Part shown: positions 30,301 to 39,049 of the stretch, piece by piece
Layout of the letters: every line of letters starts with the position of its first letter
Numbering within the stretch: the stretch's first letter is position 1
Assembly: GCA_963748625.1 (NCBI GenBank)
Contig: CAVVJT010000007.1
Location: 896,001-960,000 of the forward strand
DNA length: 64,000 nucleotides
Reading direction: 5' to 3'
From: an uncultured Chloroflexia bacterium
GTDB lineage: Bacteria > Chloroflexota > Limnocylindria > Limnocylindrales > CSP1-4
Notes under the pieces: model-generated
Seen by the model: only the letters and a program-made list of their open reading frames with translations
Database searches by the model: none
Told to the model about the DNA's origin: nothing
Made by a program: the position numbers and the translations under genes

Positions 30301-31262
30301 GATGCCTGCTTGGATGTCCAGGCGAAGACGCTGATGGTGAGCACGACACGCGTGCCCCGGGCATGGGCCTGGTTGATGACGCGGGTCATGCTGCTGCTGG
30401 TCCAGCCGCCCCAGCCCGTCGTGGCGGAGCCGTCGGCGTCCTTCTTGCGCAGGTTGCCGGCTGCATTGGCACCCACGGAGAAGTAGGCGATGGTGGAGAG
30501 CACGTCGTAGTTGAGCTTGCTCGATGCGTTGTTCAGCTCCCAGTACGGGAGGAAGCCGAACACCTGGCGCCGGAGGCCCGAGGCCGCGGCCGGATCGGCC
30601 GCGCCGGTGCCAGCGGGGGATCCAGCGACAGTCCAGGACGCGCCATCGGCTGTGGCAGGGGTGTCGGGGCCCGTGTCCGCCGGCGCGTCGACAGGCGCAT
30701 CGGGGATGGCGTCGAGGGTGGAGCCGTCAGGGCTGGCGTCGAGGGTGGGGCTGGTCACCGTGGCTCCCGCGCCCGGCTCGGACCAGATGCTGCCCTGGCG
30801 GGCTGCGGCCATGTCACGTCCGGTGACGCGGCCGGCGGGGAGGGCGGACGGCGCTCTGCCGCCAACCGGCCAGTCATCGTCCGCTCGGGGCGTGAAGCCC
30901 ACGGTGACGCGACCGCCCGGGGTGAAGTCGATGTCGTCGGCGGCGTGGGCCATGGCCTGCTCGTAGGCCGTGGAGGGGTCGGCGGTGTCGGGGATCGCGG
31001 TCGTCTGCTCAGGGATCGAACGTGCGGGGACGACGACGGCGGCAGGATCCGTGACGACCACCTCGACCGGGGCGGGTGGTGGCGCGGCCACAGCCCGATG
31101 CCCAGCGGCGCGATCAGCGGCGACCGGGGCGGTGGGAGCGCGATGGGGGGCGGCGGGGGCCTGCTGAACAGGCAGGACGGACGCTGCGAACAGCGCGACG
31201 AAGACAGCGCTACCGACGGTGCGCCAGCTCCCATGTGCCCTTGGGAGACGAGCCACGATCAT
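27351..31262 (-). CDS. Large secreted GH18 hydrolase with FN3/SH3-like and multiple FlgD-Ig domains
   Basis: DGINLDFE catalytic motif, MGYDY, GMWALGYD; repeated SPNGDG and WxGR...DGRY modules; GTG 31256 is an alternative start. Confidence 0.88.
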   Translation of the reverse strand: MIVARLPRAHGSWRTVGSAVFVALFAASVLPVQQAPAAPHRAPTAPVAADRAAGHRAVAAPPPAPVEVVVTDPAAVVVPARSIPEQTTAIPDTADPSTAYEQAMAHAADDIDFTPGGRVTVGFTPRADDDWPVGGRAPSALPAGRVTGRDMAAARQGSIWSEPGAGATVTSPTLDASPDGSTLDAIPDAPVDAPADTGPDTPATADGASWTVAGSPAGTGAADPAAASGLRRQVFGFLPYWELNNASSKLNYDVLSTIAYFSVGANAAGNLRKKDADGSATTGWGGWTSSSMTRVINQAHARGTRVVLTISVFAWTSKQASVQRELLGSRAARANLAKQAAAAVRDRGADGINLDFEPLASGYESEFIALLKAIRSELGRIKGGYQLTYDTTGYIGNYPLEASVGSGAADAIFVMGYDYRTSGSGSSGSVDPLSGRSYDLTDTVRAYTSRVAPSKVILGLPWYGRAWSTTTDEPRAENRSGAKYGYSTAVNYESLAPLVTKYGRRWDGVEQSPYIAYKRENCTNTYGCVTGWRQVWYDDAQSTRLRLAMVNDYGLRGAGMWALGYDGGHAELYRAFAESFLVDKSAPQAGIRSTAGVQDDEGFVVTWAGKDVSAIATYDVQVSVDGGAWANWLSATKATSEVYLGKDGHGYAFRVRARDTKGNTGTYTTPQVWTANPQLEAGGFGRVVKDGLAYRSGPGTETVRLGSLPEGTIVAVTRGPVAEDGFTWFEVTQPIREWSPVSFVERGVWIAAAGGGAAFVKPYRSPATTRVDARIKELDFGPAGTAGTGTGADAVAVRTFSPGKDGSEDGLRIRWTSAVAFESLDLKVFRANGELMGTVDVPATGTGARGFTWNGRVGGSRVPDGRYQLQLVGRAGGTMSTAPSARPVTAAQLALYAVTVDTVAPTFSAASASTSLISPNGDGTLDTARLALAATGGATRWTVTIAAASGTVVRTVAGGGSTAAVTWAGTNDAGARVADGRYTATLAAFDAAGNRVAKAYTIAVDTTAPTIAPTVSPGVFAPNGDGALDTATLAWSSTEKATGVARIYKGTTIVRSWAVDGLTSWSGNWNGRTRSGAAVADGRYTFKVAVRDAAGNRRTVTAPVTVDRTASTLRWSGSFHPQDGDALLAKSQLSWRLSRAATTKLRLYDARGALVRTVWTGKDQRAGDRRWTWDGRLADGAWAPQGVYTARLTVTSTIGTVELARSVRAAAFAISPSAATVKAGQTLTVTIRSVEPLAGRPVVRFAQPGRNAVTVTATKLASGAYRATFTIRTGPAGTATVKVTGKDTAGNPNSTTTTVAVAS

Positions 31263-31528
31263 CCTCACCTTGTATCCCGGCCTCACGAACTGGGGCTCGG
31301 AACCTGTCGGGCGGCCCATGGTCGGGCGGGGCCGGATCTCGACAGGACGGTCAGACTACGCCCATCGGTCAGGAATCCCATCCCTACCTTGGTCCCAGTG
31401 GGGACTAGTACGGTGCGGACTGGTGGGGTCTGATGGGGCAGTTGCCGCCCAGCCCGAGATCATCCGCACGGGGACGGGAGCCACCGACGGTGCGGTGGGC
31501 CGTGCCGACACTGACGTTCTTGGATCGT

Positions 31529-33811
31529 CTAGTGGAGGGCCAGGTACAGGTTCGACGACTGTGCGGCGCCCGTGCTGTCGTCCGCCGAGACCCGCAGGCG
31601 CACGGTGCCCGTCGAGCTCTTCTTGAGTGTGATGGTGGCCTTGTAGACACGCGTGTCGGTCTTCCTCATCGCCACGCTCCACGAGCCGATGCCGGGCTGG
31701 TAGACCCTCAGGCGGGGCGCTCCGTCCAGGCTCTCCGCGCTGACAGCCGTGACCGTGATCCTCTGGCCGCGTGCTGGCGTGGCGTCCGAGCTGGAGATCC
31801 GGAAGGCATCCGCAGTGACCAGGGCCGACTGGGACACCGTCACGGACCCGTTGCCCGCCGACACGACCGAGCGGTACGTGCCGCGCGGAACCAGCGCCCC
31901 GGCATCGTTACGACCGTTCCAAGCGACGGCCTGTGAGCCGGCCTCCAAGGCCTCGGAGGAGCGCAGGGTCCGGACCACGACGCCGGACGCGTTGCGGATC
32001 GTCCAGTCCACTGTCGCGGGCGAGGCGAGCGTGAAGCCCAGCGACACGGTGGCGCCGAGCCTGTCGCCGTCCTGCGGGAAGAAGACCTGGGCCGACGAGC
32101 GGACATAGCCGAGGGCGCCGTAGACCGTGACCGGGCGGGTCACGGGTGCGCTGCGGTTGCCGGCGTCGTCCACCGCGCGCAGCTCGATCGTGTACGCACC
32201 GTCGGGTGCCCACGAGCCGTCGGTCCGGCCGCTCCAGCGGACGGTCGCTCCGTCCGATCCGATGGCGGCCGACGCGCTTGCGACCTCCTCGTCACCAGCG
32301 AGGACGGTGGCGACCAGGCGCCCACGCTCGCTGGCATCGGCCGTGAAGGAGATCCCGTCCGTGACGCCGTCGCCGTCAGGCGTGATCACGGGAACCGTCC
32401 CGGAGGCAGCGGGGAGGTGGAGCTCCGGCGCCTCCGTGTCCACGGTGAGCTCCCCGCTGTCCTCCAGCGGTCCGTTGCCCCAGGCGTCGGAGGCCTCCAG
32501 CACCCAGCGGTACGTGCCGTTCGCGGCGTGTGCGGGCGCCCACGTGAGTTCGGGGCGGTCGCCCGTGCCCGACGCCTCCGCTCGCTCGCTCCCGTTGCGA
32601 TCCAGGATGCGCAGCGTCCAGTCCACGTCTTCCGACACCTGCAGGCGGACGGTGTAGCTGTCGCCGGAGTCGTCACCGTTGGGCGAGAAGATGCCCGCTC
32701 CGTCCTCGATCTCCCAGAGGCGCGGCGCCGTGCCATCGCGCGGCGTGAGCGAGGAGCCGGCCATGACGCCCTCGACGCCCGTGTCGGTATGGATGCCGTA
32801 GATGGGGCTGCCGTCGGGCGCCGGCTGCGGGTCCCGCCAGTCGACGCGGATCCTGTCGGTCGTGGCCAGGGTCGCAACCGGGCCGGCGCCGGCGACCAGG
32901 CTGGCGGCCGAGTCATAGACGGGGGTGCCGTCCGCGCTGGGGCTGGCGTTGCCGGGGACGGTGATCGAGGCCGGGGCGCGCGAGGTGTCTGCGTAGGCGG
33001 CGCCGGTCACGTCGGTGGTGGTGAGGCTCATCCGGCCGGTGAGCGACCGGTAGTAGGAGCCGGGTCGCTCGGGGTCCATCGCGAACTGGAAGCCCGGATT
33101 GCGCTCCGAGGCGTAGATGGACACGTTGTCGTGGGCGTCGGGCGCGTTCTGCCAGTAGTCGGAGATGGACTGGCGCGTGGTGAACAGCGCGTCGATGTAG
33201 TAGTCGTCGTGGCTGTGGCCGTTGGCGATGACTGCGCGGGCGCCAGCCTTGAGGAACGCGGCGGCGTAGTTGTCCACGCGCTGCTTCGCGGTCGACAGGC
33301 TCGGCTCGGCCCGGCCGGGCTCGGAATTGCCCGAGGCGTAGCAGAGATGGAACAGCAGCACGACCGCATTGGGCGCCGGATCGAGATCCCGGATGGAGGG
33401 CTCGCCGTAGTACTTGACCTCGTCATCGGAGAGCTTGCCGTTCCCGTTGACGTCGTAGTTGAGCCCGAAGCCGTCCTTGGTCGTGTAGTTGGGGTCGAAG
33501 GTGTAGGGGCTCGGCCATCCGTTGCCGTGGCCCAGGTAGACGATGACCGAGGCGCCGGCGACCGCGCTCTTCACCTTCGACCATGTCGCGTTGGGGCTGT
33601 AGACCTTCACGACGTTGGTGGTGTAGCGGCGGGCTGCGGCGTAGAGCTGGTCAGCGTTGGAGCGATAGCGATCGGTCGTCGAGTGGGTGGCGCCAACGAT
33701 GATCGCAACCTTGGGGTTCGCTGCGGCAAACGCGGTCGGGGCGGACGCGGGAGCCACGGAGCCGAGGCCGGCGACGAGGATGGCGACGAGCGCGACGAGG
33801 ACCTTGCGCAA
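31529..33811 (-). CDS. Secreted protein with a putative caspase-hemoglobinase-fold N-terminal domain and FlgD-Ig repeats
   Basis: Signal peptide after TTG 33811 (ORF open to 33913); YLGHGNG and LFHLCYASG; FSPNGD and FPQDGD modules. Confidence 0.75.
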   Translation of the reverse strand: MRKVLVALVAILVAGLGSVAPASAPTAFAAANPKVAIIVGATHSTTDRYRSNADQLYAAARRYTTNVVKVYSPNATWSKVKSAVAGASVIVYLGHGNGWPSPYTFDPNYTTKDGFGLNYDVNGNGKLSDDEVKYYGEPSIRDLDPAPNAVVLLFHLCYASGNSEPGRAEPSLSTAKQRVDNYAAAFLKAGARAVIANGHSHDDYYIDALFTTRQSISDYWQNAPDAHDNVSIYASERNPGFQFAMDPERPGSYYRSLTGRMSLTTTDVTGAAYADTSRAPASITVPGNASPSADGTPVYDSAASLVAGAGPVATLATTDRIRVDWRDPQPAPDGSPIYGIHTDTGVEGVMAGSSLTPRDGTAPRLWEIEDGAGIFSPNGDDSGDSYTVRLQVSEDVDWTLRILDRNGSERAEASGTGDRPELTWAPAHAANGTYRWVLEASDAWGNGPLEDSGELTVDTEAPELHLPAASGTVPVITPDGDGVTDGISFTADASERGRLVATVLAGDEEVASASAAIGSDGATVRWSGRTDGSWAPDGAYTIELRAVDDAGNRSAPVTRPVTVYGALGYVRSSAQVFFPQDGDRLGATVSLGFTLASPATVDWTIRNASGVVVRTLRSSEALEAGSQAVAWNGRNDAGALVPRGTYRSVVSAGNGSVTVSQSALVTADAFRISSSDATPARGQRITVTAVSAESLDGAPRLRVYQPGIGSWSVAMRKTDTRVYKATITLKKSSTGTVRLRVSADDSTGAAQSSNLYLALH

Positions 33812-34012
33812 TGGGGGTTGGCTCCACGACAGGTGTGTGGTTCCACTGTCGGCGCGCGTGTGACGCGGTGCCATCGCGGGATGGTCCGGGTGGGCGACGG
33901 ACAGAGGGACCACCCCGATGGCGGAGGAGGTGGGTCAGGTATGGTGCCGCGTGGTTCGGGCCCGGGCCGGGTGGCGCGCGGGTGGTGCACGGGCGGTGCG
34001 CCCGGCGGTTCG

Positions 34013-34942
34013 TCAGCGGGCCTGAAGCGACCGCAGGAGGGCGGGTGCTGCGTCGGCGAACGCCTCCTGCCACGGGCGCATCGGCTCGCCCGACGGCAGC
34101 GGGGTGGGCTCCAGCACGGCCCACGCCGGTGGCGTGGACGCGCGCTGCCAGGTGCTGCCCGGGACGTCCACGACCTCCACGCCGATGCCCGTGGCTCGCA
34201 GGACCTCCCGTGCCCAGTCGGCCCTGGTCGCCCGGCCCCCGTTCACGAGATGGTGGATCCGCCAGCGCTCGCCGTCCCCGGCGACCGCGTCCGATCCGAC
34301 CAGCTCCACGATCGCCTCAGCAAGATCGGGGGTGTACGTGGGCACGCCGGTCTCGTCCGCGACGGCGCGCAGCGACTCACGGGCCTCGCGGGCACGGAGC
34401 GCGGCGCGGGCGATCTTCTCGGGGAAGTCGTTGCCGGGCGGGCCGTACAGCCACGACGTGCGCACGATGCCCAGCCTGCCGCGGGCCCCGTCCGCCTCGT
34501 AGGCCGCGATCGCGAGACGCTCGGCCTCCGCCTTGGCGGCGCCATAGGCGTTGATCGGGCGGCGCTCATCGTCCGGGGCATAGCCCAGGCCGTCGGTCCG
34601 GGTCCCATCGAAGACCTCGTTGGTGGAGATGACGACGAGGTCGATGCCCCGGGAGGCGGTGGCGCGGGCCACCTCCCCCACCGCGGTGCCGTTGCGCCGC
34701 ATGGCCAACGCCGGATCCTTCGCGCAGCCGTCCACGTCGGTCCAGGCCGCCGTCAGGATCACGACCTCGGGCCGCTCGCGGTCGAACAGCGCACCGGCGG
34801 ATGCCGCGGTGACCGCGTCGAGCTCGAACTCCGGCTGGTCCCAGCCGATGGGGCCGCGCGTGCCCGTGAACGGGGCGTCCTCCAGCGCTTCGACGAGCGC
34901 GCGGCCAAGGCGGCCGATGACGCCGATGACCGCGACCCGCAC
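34013..34942 (-). CDS. rmlD: dTDP-4-dehydrorhamnose reductase
   Basis: GVIGRLG, AAWTDVD, STNEVFDG, YGAAK, PTY. Confidence 0.9.
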   Translation of the reverse strand: MRVAVIGVIGRLGRALVEALEDAPFTGTRGPIGWDQPEFELDAVTAASAGALFDRERPEVVILTAAWTDVDGCAKDPALAMRRNGTAVGEVARATASRGIDLVVISTNEVFDGTRTDGLGYAPDDERRPINAYGAAKAEAERLAIAAYEADGARGRLGIVRTSWLYGPPGNDFPEKIARAALRAREARESLRAVADETGVPTYTPDLAEAIVELVGSDAVAGDGERWRIHHLVNGGRATRADWAREVLRATGIGVEVVDVPGSTWQRASTPPAWAVLEPTPLPSGEPMRPWQEAFADAAPALLRSLQAR

Positions 34943-34946
34943 CCGG

Positions 34947-36116
34947 TCAGGCCCCGGCGCCGGGCGTGTCGTCCGCCCTGTCGATCGCGGTGACCGCGGT
35001 GACCGCCTGCCCGCGGGCGAGCCGGTCCGCGTACTGCCGTGCGTAGTAGCTGTCCCAGTCGCCCCGCTTGGCGCCCTCGACCCAGTCCGCGTGTGCCCGG
35101 TACCACGCGACCGTCGCGGGCAGGCCCTCCTCGAAGTCCACCTGCGGGGTCCAGCCCAGCGCCGCAAGCTTCGCGCCGTCCATCGCATAACGGCGATCGT
35201 GGCCAGGCCGGTCCGGCACGGAGCGCACGAGCGACCAGTCGCGTCCGGTGGCGGCCAGCAGGCGGTCGATCACCTCCCGGTTCGGCAGCAGCCGCGCACC
35301 GGCCACGTTGTACGCCTCACCGGCCTCACCGTGGCGCAGCACGAACTCGATGCCGGCGGCATGGTCGGTCACGTGGAGCCAGTCGCGGACCTGCATGCCG
35401 TCGCCGTACATGGGCAGGTGCTCGCCCGCGAGCGCGTTGGTCGTGAACAGCGGGATGAGCTTCTCGGGATGCTGGTACGGGCCATACGTGTTGGAGCCGC
35501 GCGTGGTGACGACGTCGAGGCCGTAGGTGACGTGGTACGCGCGCACCAGCAGCTCCGAGCTGGCCTTGGCGGCGGCGTACGGGCTGCGCGGTGCGAAGGG
35601 GTCGGTCTCGACGGAGTGCCCGGCGGGGATGTCGCCGTAGACCTCGTCCGTGGAGACCTGCAGGAAGCGAGGGGCGGGCCTTGCCTGGCGCTCGCCGCGA
35701 GCGGCCCGGTCGGCCTCCGCGCGGATGGCCTCGAGCAGCACGTGGACGCCGATGACGCCGGTGCGCAAGAAGGCCTCCGGGTCGAGGATCGAGCGGTCCA
35801 CGTGGGTCTCGGCGGCCACGTTGACGACGGCATCGGCCTCGGCGACCAGCGGCCCCACGATCTCCGGGTCCGCGATGTCGCCGTGCACGAAGGTGAAGCG
35901 GGCGGCCTGTTCCGCGTCCTGCTCGACCTCCGCGAGGTTCGCGCGGTTGCCCGCGTACGTGAGCTTGTCGAGGACCGTGATCCGGGTCCCGTCGCGGCGG
36001 GCCAGGATCCGGCGGACCAGCTCCGAGCCGATGAACCCGGCGCCGCCGGTGACCAGAAGGTTGGCGCCGCCGCCGATGTGGTCGGCCAGGCCCGCGGTGT
36101 GGTCGGCCAGGCTCAC
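34947..36116 (-). CDS. rmlB: dTDP-glucose 4,6-dehydratase
   Basis: TGGAGFIGS, LDKLTYAG, ETHVDRSI, STDEVYG, DRPGHDRRY. Confidence 0.96.
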   Translation of the reverse strand: MSLADHTAGLADHIGGGANLLVTGGAGFIGSELVRRILARRDGTRITVLDKLTYAGNRANLAEVEQDAEQAARFTFVHGDIADPEIVGPLVAEADAVVNVAAETHVDRSILDPEAFLRTGVIGVHVLLEAIRAEADRAARGERQARPAPRFLQVSTDEVYGDIPAGHSVETDPFAPRSPYAAAKASSELLVRAYHVTYGLDVVTTRGSNTYGPYQHPEKLIPLFTTNALAGEHLPMYGDGMQVRDWLHVTDHAAGIEFVLRHGEAGEAYNVAGARLLPNREVIDRLLAATGRDWSLVRSVPDRPGHDRRYAMDGAKLAALGWTPQVDFEEGLPATVAWYRAHADWVEGAKRGDWDSYYARQYADRLARGQAVTAVTAIDRADDTPGAGA

Positions 36117-36880
36117 GCGGGATCCCGCGGGCGCTCGACCGGCCTCGGCAGGCGGCCAGCCGCGTCGTCGATCTCGGCCATCTCTGCGGCGCGCAGGAGG
36201 CTGGGGACAGTGCCGGCGTCGGCCCAGTGCCCTTCGTAGACGGGCGCGAACAGGCGGCCGCCGGGGATGTAGTGGTTGAGGACGTCCGTGATCTCGAACT
36301 CCCCACGTCCCGACGGCGCCAGGCCCTCGATCACGTCGAATGCGTCCGGGCGGAGGAAGTAGACACCGATGGGGATCAGGTCGCTCTTGGGCACCTTGGG
36401 CTTCTCCTCGAAGCCGGCCACACGACCTGCCGCATCGAACTCCGCGACCCCGAAGCGTTCCGGATCGGGAACGCGGTAGAGCAGGGTGCCGGCACCGTGC
36501 TGGCCGTCCTCGAACTGGCGCGCGAGTGAGGCGAGCGGATCGCCGCGGAGGATGTTGTCGCCCAGGACCACGCAGAAGCTGTCGTCGCCGATGAAGTCCC
36601 GCGCGAGACCGATCGCGTGCGCGATGCCCAGCGCGCCACGCTGGTACCGGTAGGTGAGATCGAGACCGAAGTGCCGTCCGTCGCCGAGCAGCTCGACGAT
36701 GTCGCCGACGCTCTTGCCGCCGACGATGACCATGACCTCGCGGATCCCCATGCCCGCCAGGGTGTCCAGCGGGTAGTAGATCATCGGCCGGTCGTAGATC
36801 GGCAGGAGGTGCTTGTTGGTGACGATGGTCAGCGGGTAGAGGCGCGTTGCCGTACCGCCTGCCAGCACGAGGCCCTTCAT
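36113..36880 (-). CDS. rmlA: Glucose-1-phosphate thymidylyltransferase (short form)
   Basis: LAGGTATRLYPLT, NKHLLPIYDRPM, EEKP, GEFEITD. Confidence 0.92.
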   Translation of the reverse strand: MKGLVLAGGTATRLYPLTIVTNKHLLPIYDRPMIYYPLDTLAGMGIREVMVIVGGKSVGDIVELLGDGRHFGLDLTYRYQRGALGIAHAIGLARDFIGDDSFCVVLGDNILRGDPLASLARQFEDGQHGAGTLLYRVPDPERFGVAEFDAAGRVAGFEEKPKVPKSDLIPIGVYFLRPDAFDVIEGLAPSGRGEFEITDVLNHYIPGGRLFAPVYEGHWADAGTVPSLLRAAEMAEIDDAAGRLPRPVERPRDPA

Positions 36881-36888
36881 GGCGCGGA

Positions 36889-36897
36889 AGGGTAGCA
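36889..36897 (-). promoter_or_regulatory. Extended -10 (TGcTACCCT) for a probably leaderless rmlA transcript
   Basis: 8 nt upstream of the ATG with no SD; the identical motif precedes the wzm-like gene (22355-22363). Confidence 0.55.
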
Positions 36898-36907
36898 GGG
36901 GTGCGGA

Positions 36908-37069
36908 GCCACGGATGCGGCGTCGGCCACGGATGCGGCGTCGGCCACGGATGCGGCGTCGGCCACGGATGCGGCGTCGGCCACGGATGCGGCGTCGGCC
37001 ACGGATGCGGCGTCGGCCACGGATGCGGCGTCGGCCACGGATGCGGCGTCGGCCACGGATGCGGCGTCG
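36908..37069. repeat. Perfect 18-bp tandem array, 9 copies (GCCACGGATGCGGCGTCG)
   Basis: Read directly; no spacers. Confidence 0.97.
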
Positions 37070-37088
37070 GCTGCTGGCACCCAGGCGC

Positions 37089-37240
37089 CCTCCCGCTCGG
37101 CGGGCCTTGCGTGCAGGATCCCGCTCAACCCGCCCGCTGGCAGGCACGGACGACCGTTCCGCGCCGAAATTCGAGGGATTTGTGCCGCTGGGCGGGCCAG
37201 GCGTGCAGCATCCTGCGCACAGTGCCCGGCCGGCGGCAGG
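37089..37240. repeat. 152-bp palindromic REP/MITE-like element, copy A
   Basis: Aligns without gaps to 38869-39020 (107/152 identical by hand count) and to 44855-45006; four CCCGC-N3-GCGGG-like cores. Confidence 0.85.
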
Positions 37241-37482
37241 CGGGCTGCCGGGCGGCGGGGTCCTCGGGCGGACCACAGGCCACAGGGCGGCGGCTCATGG
37301 CCTGGCTCCGCGCCGCCACACCATCGCTACCGCCGTCCCAGCGTCCCTATCACGAATGCGCGGGATACAAGGGCGGGCACTCGGCGACGTCCTTGCCGAG
37401 GCCCTGCCGCCCTTGAACCCGAGGAGATCATCCCGCTCGCGCCACTGCGACCCCGAGATCTCTTCTGATCCTCACAACGCGC

Positions 37483-38085
37483 TCAGCCGGCGAGATAGGA
37501 CTCGCACTCCGGCACGACCTTCGCGGCCGGACCGCACAGGACCCACGTGTCATGGACCACCAGCGTGTAGTGCCGGTCCTCCTGCGAATACGACACGGCG
37601 ACGGAGTCCCAACCCCCACCCTGGCTCGACGGCGAGGTACGGAAGCCGAGGAGAACCTCCGCACGGTCCGCGTACTCAGGGAAATCGCACCGCGTCGTCA
37701 TCCTCGCTCCGGTGACCGGAACGATGTCGCCGGCGATGCCGACAGGAGGGAAGCCCTCCCTCCCGAGGAATGCCTGGTCGTCGCCCTCCGGGACATACCG
37801 GACGCTCGCGCCGAGGAACTCCCAGTCGTCGTGCGTCCCGATCGTGTGATCGGGCCGCACGTCATCGATGACCACCTCGTCGCCCGCGGCAAGGCACAGG
37901 CGGACCGCCACCGTGTAGGTCTTGCCGGCGTTGACGGGATCGAGCGCGAGCGTCTGGTCGCCCCGCCCCTGTGCATTCGTGGAGAGCGGGCCCCCGCCGG
38001 CATCGTGTCGCGTGGGGCCATTCGCACAGGCCGCGAGCCCCGCTGCAATGACTACTGCCAGCGCAATACGAGTGAGCCGGGACAC
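37483..38085 (-). CDS. Hypothetical lipoprotein (cargo between elements A and B)
   Basis: Lipobox LAAC; GGGAG RBS. Confidence 0.7.
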   Translation of the reverse strand: MSRLTRIALAVVIAAGLAACANGPTRHDAGGGPLSTNAQGRGDQTLALDPVNAGKTYTVAVRLCLAAGDEVVIDDVRPDHTIGTHDDWEFLGASVRYVPEGDDQAFLGREGFPPVGIAGDIVPVTGARMTTRCDFPEYADRAEVLLGFRTSPSSQGGGWDSVAVSYSQEDRHYTLVVHDTWVLCGPAAKVVPECESYLAG

Positions 38086-38163
38086 AGACGCGCTCCCCCT
38101 TCGTGATGACGACCAATCCTATGCCGTCCTGAACGTATCCCGCACATTCGTGACGGGCCAGCG

Positions 38164-38847
38164 TCAGAGCACGATCAGGCCGCTCACCGGTGGCAACCTT
38201 CCGGATCGCAGCGCCTTCGCAATTGCCGGACCGTCCAGCGGCAGGAGCAGGCGCAGGGCCTCGCGCTCGTGACTGAGCACCTCCTCGTTGTGGCGGGAGC
38301 GGGCTACGGCAAGGATGACGATCTTCCCGCGGCGGTCGTCCCGCAGCTTGAGCTGCAACCGGCGCTCGAGGGCCTGGACGTCGCCGAGGCGACTCTCTGC
38401 GTCAACGAACGCCAGCTCTGCGAGGTCGGAGATGGTGGCATCCCACGCTCGAAGGTCACCGGGCATGGGCAGCCCGACCTCGCGTGCCACCTGCAGCGGC
38501 GCGGCGGGAAGGATCCCGAGCCGCTCGATGAGCCGCTGCTGGCCGGCGTCGCGAATGGGACTCCCCTCCGGGAACAGCCGCACGGACAGTGACAGCCCGA
38601 GCGCCCGAGCAGATCTGGCCACCGCGCACAACGAGGGGTCAGCGTTCTCCCCGCGTTCGAGGCGACTCAGCTGCGACGACGAAATCCCAGCGGCACGAGC
38701 GACAGCCGGCTGACTGATGCCAAGCGCGATCCGGGTGTTGTGCAGCTCGTCGGCCATGCCCGATATGACGCGACGAGCGTCCTCGTCACCGAGCTCGACC
38801 GGACCTCTGCGCACAGACACGACACGATGATGGCCGCCGTCGCTCAC
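38164..38847 (-). CDS. XRE-family HTH fused to a PD-(D/E)xK-like nuclease domain
   Basis: HTH SQPAVARAAGISSSQLSRLERG; C-terminal REV...RAWD...VDAESRLGDVQALERR...KLRD; GTG 38820 is an alternative start. Confidence 0.75.
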   Translation of the reverse strand: MSDGGHHRVVSVRRGPVELGDEDARRVISGMADELHNTRIALGISQPAVARAAGISSSQLSRLERGENADPSLCAVARSARALGLSLSVRLFPEGSPIRDAGQQRLIERLGILPAAPLQVAREVGLPMPGDLRAWDATISDLAELAFVDAESRLGDVQALERRLQLKLRDDRRGKIVILAVARSRHNEEVLSHEREALRLLLPLDGPAIAKALRSGRLPPVSGLIVL

Positions 38848-38868
38848 CGCCCGCTTACACGCCTGTCG

Positions 38869-39020
38869 ACAACCGCTGGGCGGGCGTTGTGGGCAGGATT
38901 GCGCGCAGGCTGCCCGCTGGCAGGCACGAACGACCCTGCGGCCACTGGATCCGAGGGGTTTGTGCCGCTGTGCGGGCAGATTGCGCAGGATCCCTCACGT
39001 GAGGCCCGCCGGGCGGGCCG
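38869..39020. repeat. 152-bp palindromic REP/MITE-like element, copy B
   Basis: Direct, ungapped homolog of copy A; lies about 20 bp upstream of the HTH-nuclease ORF. Confidence 0.85.
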
Positions 39021-39049
39021 CCGCAGGAGCCACGGGCCACCGACAGGGC

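Noticed and set aside
36908-37069. Possible CRISPR array (also considered for 39050-39293 and 44649-44878)
   Set aside because: Head-to-tail repeats with no unique spacers, and no cas genes in the window.
36881-37276. Arg-rich N-terminal extension of RmlA and other repeat-derived ORFs (RRIRGR, GHGCGV, DAASVA)
   Set aside because: These are translations of the 18-bp array; RmlA homology starts at MKGLVLAGG (36880).
37368-37415. Strong hairpin as a possible ncRNA or tRNA
   Set aside because: No tRNA or known RNA motifs; more simply a terminator-like stem downstream of the cargo gene.
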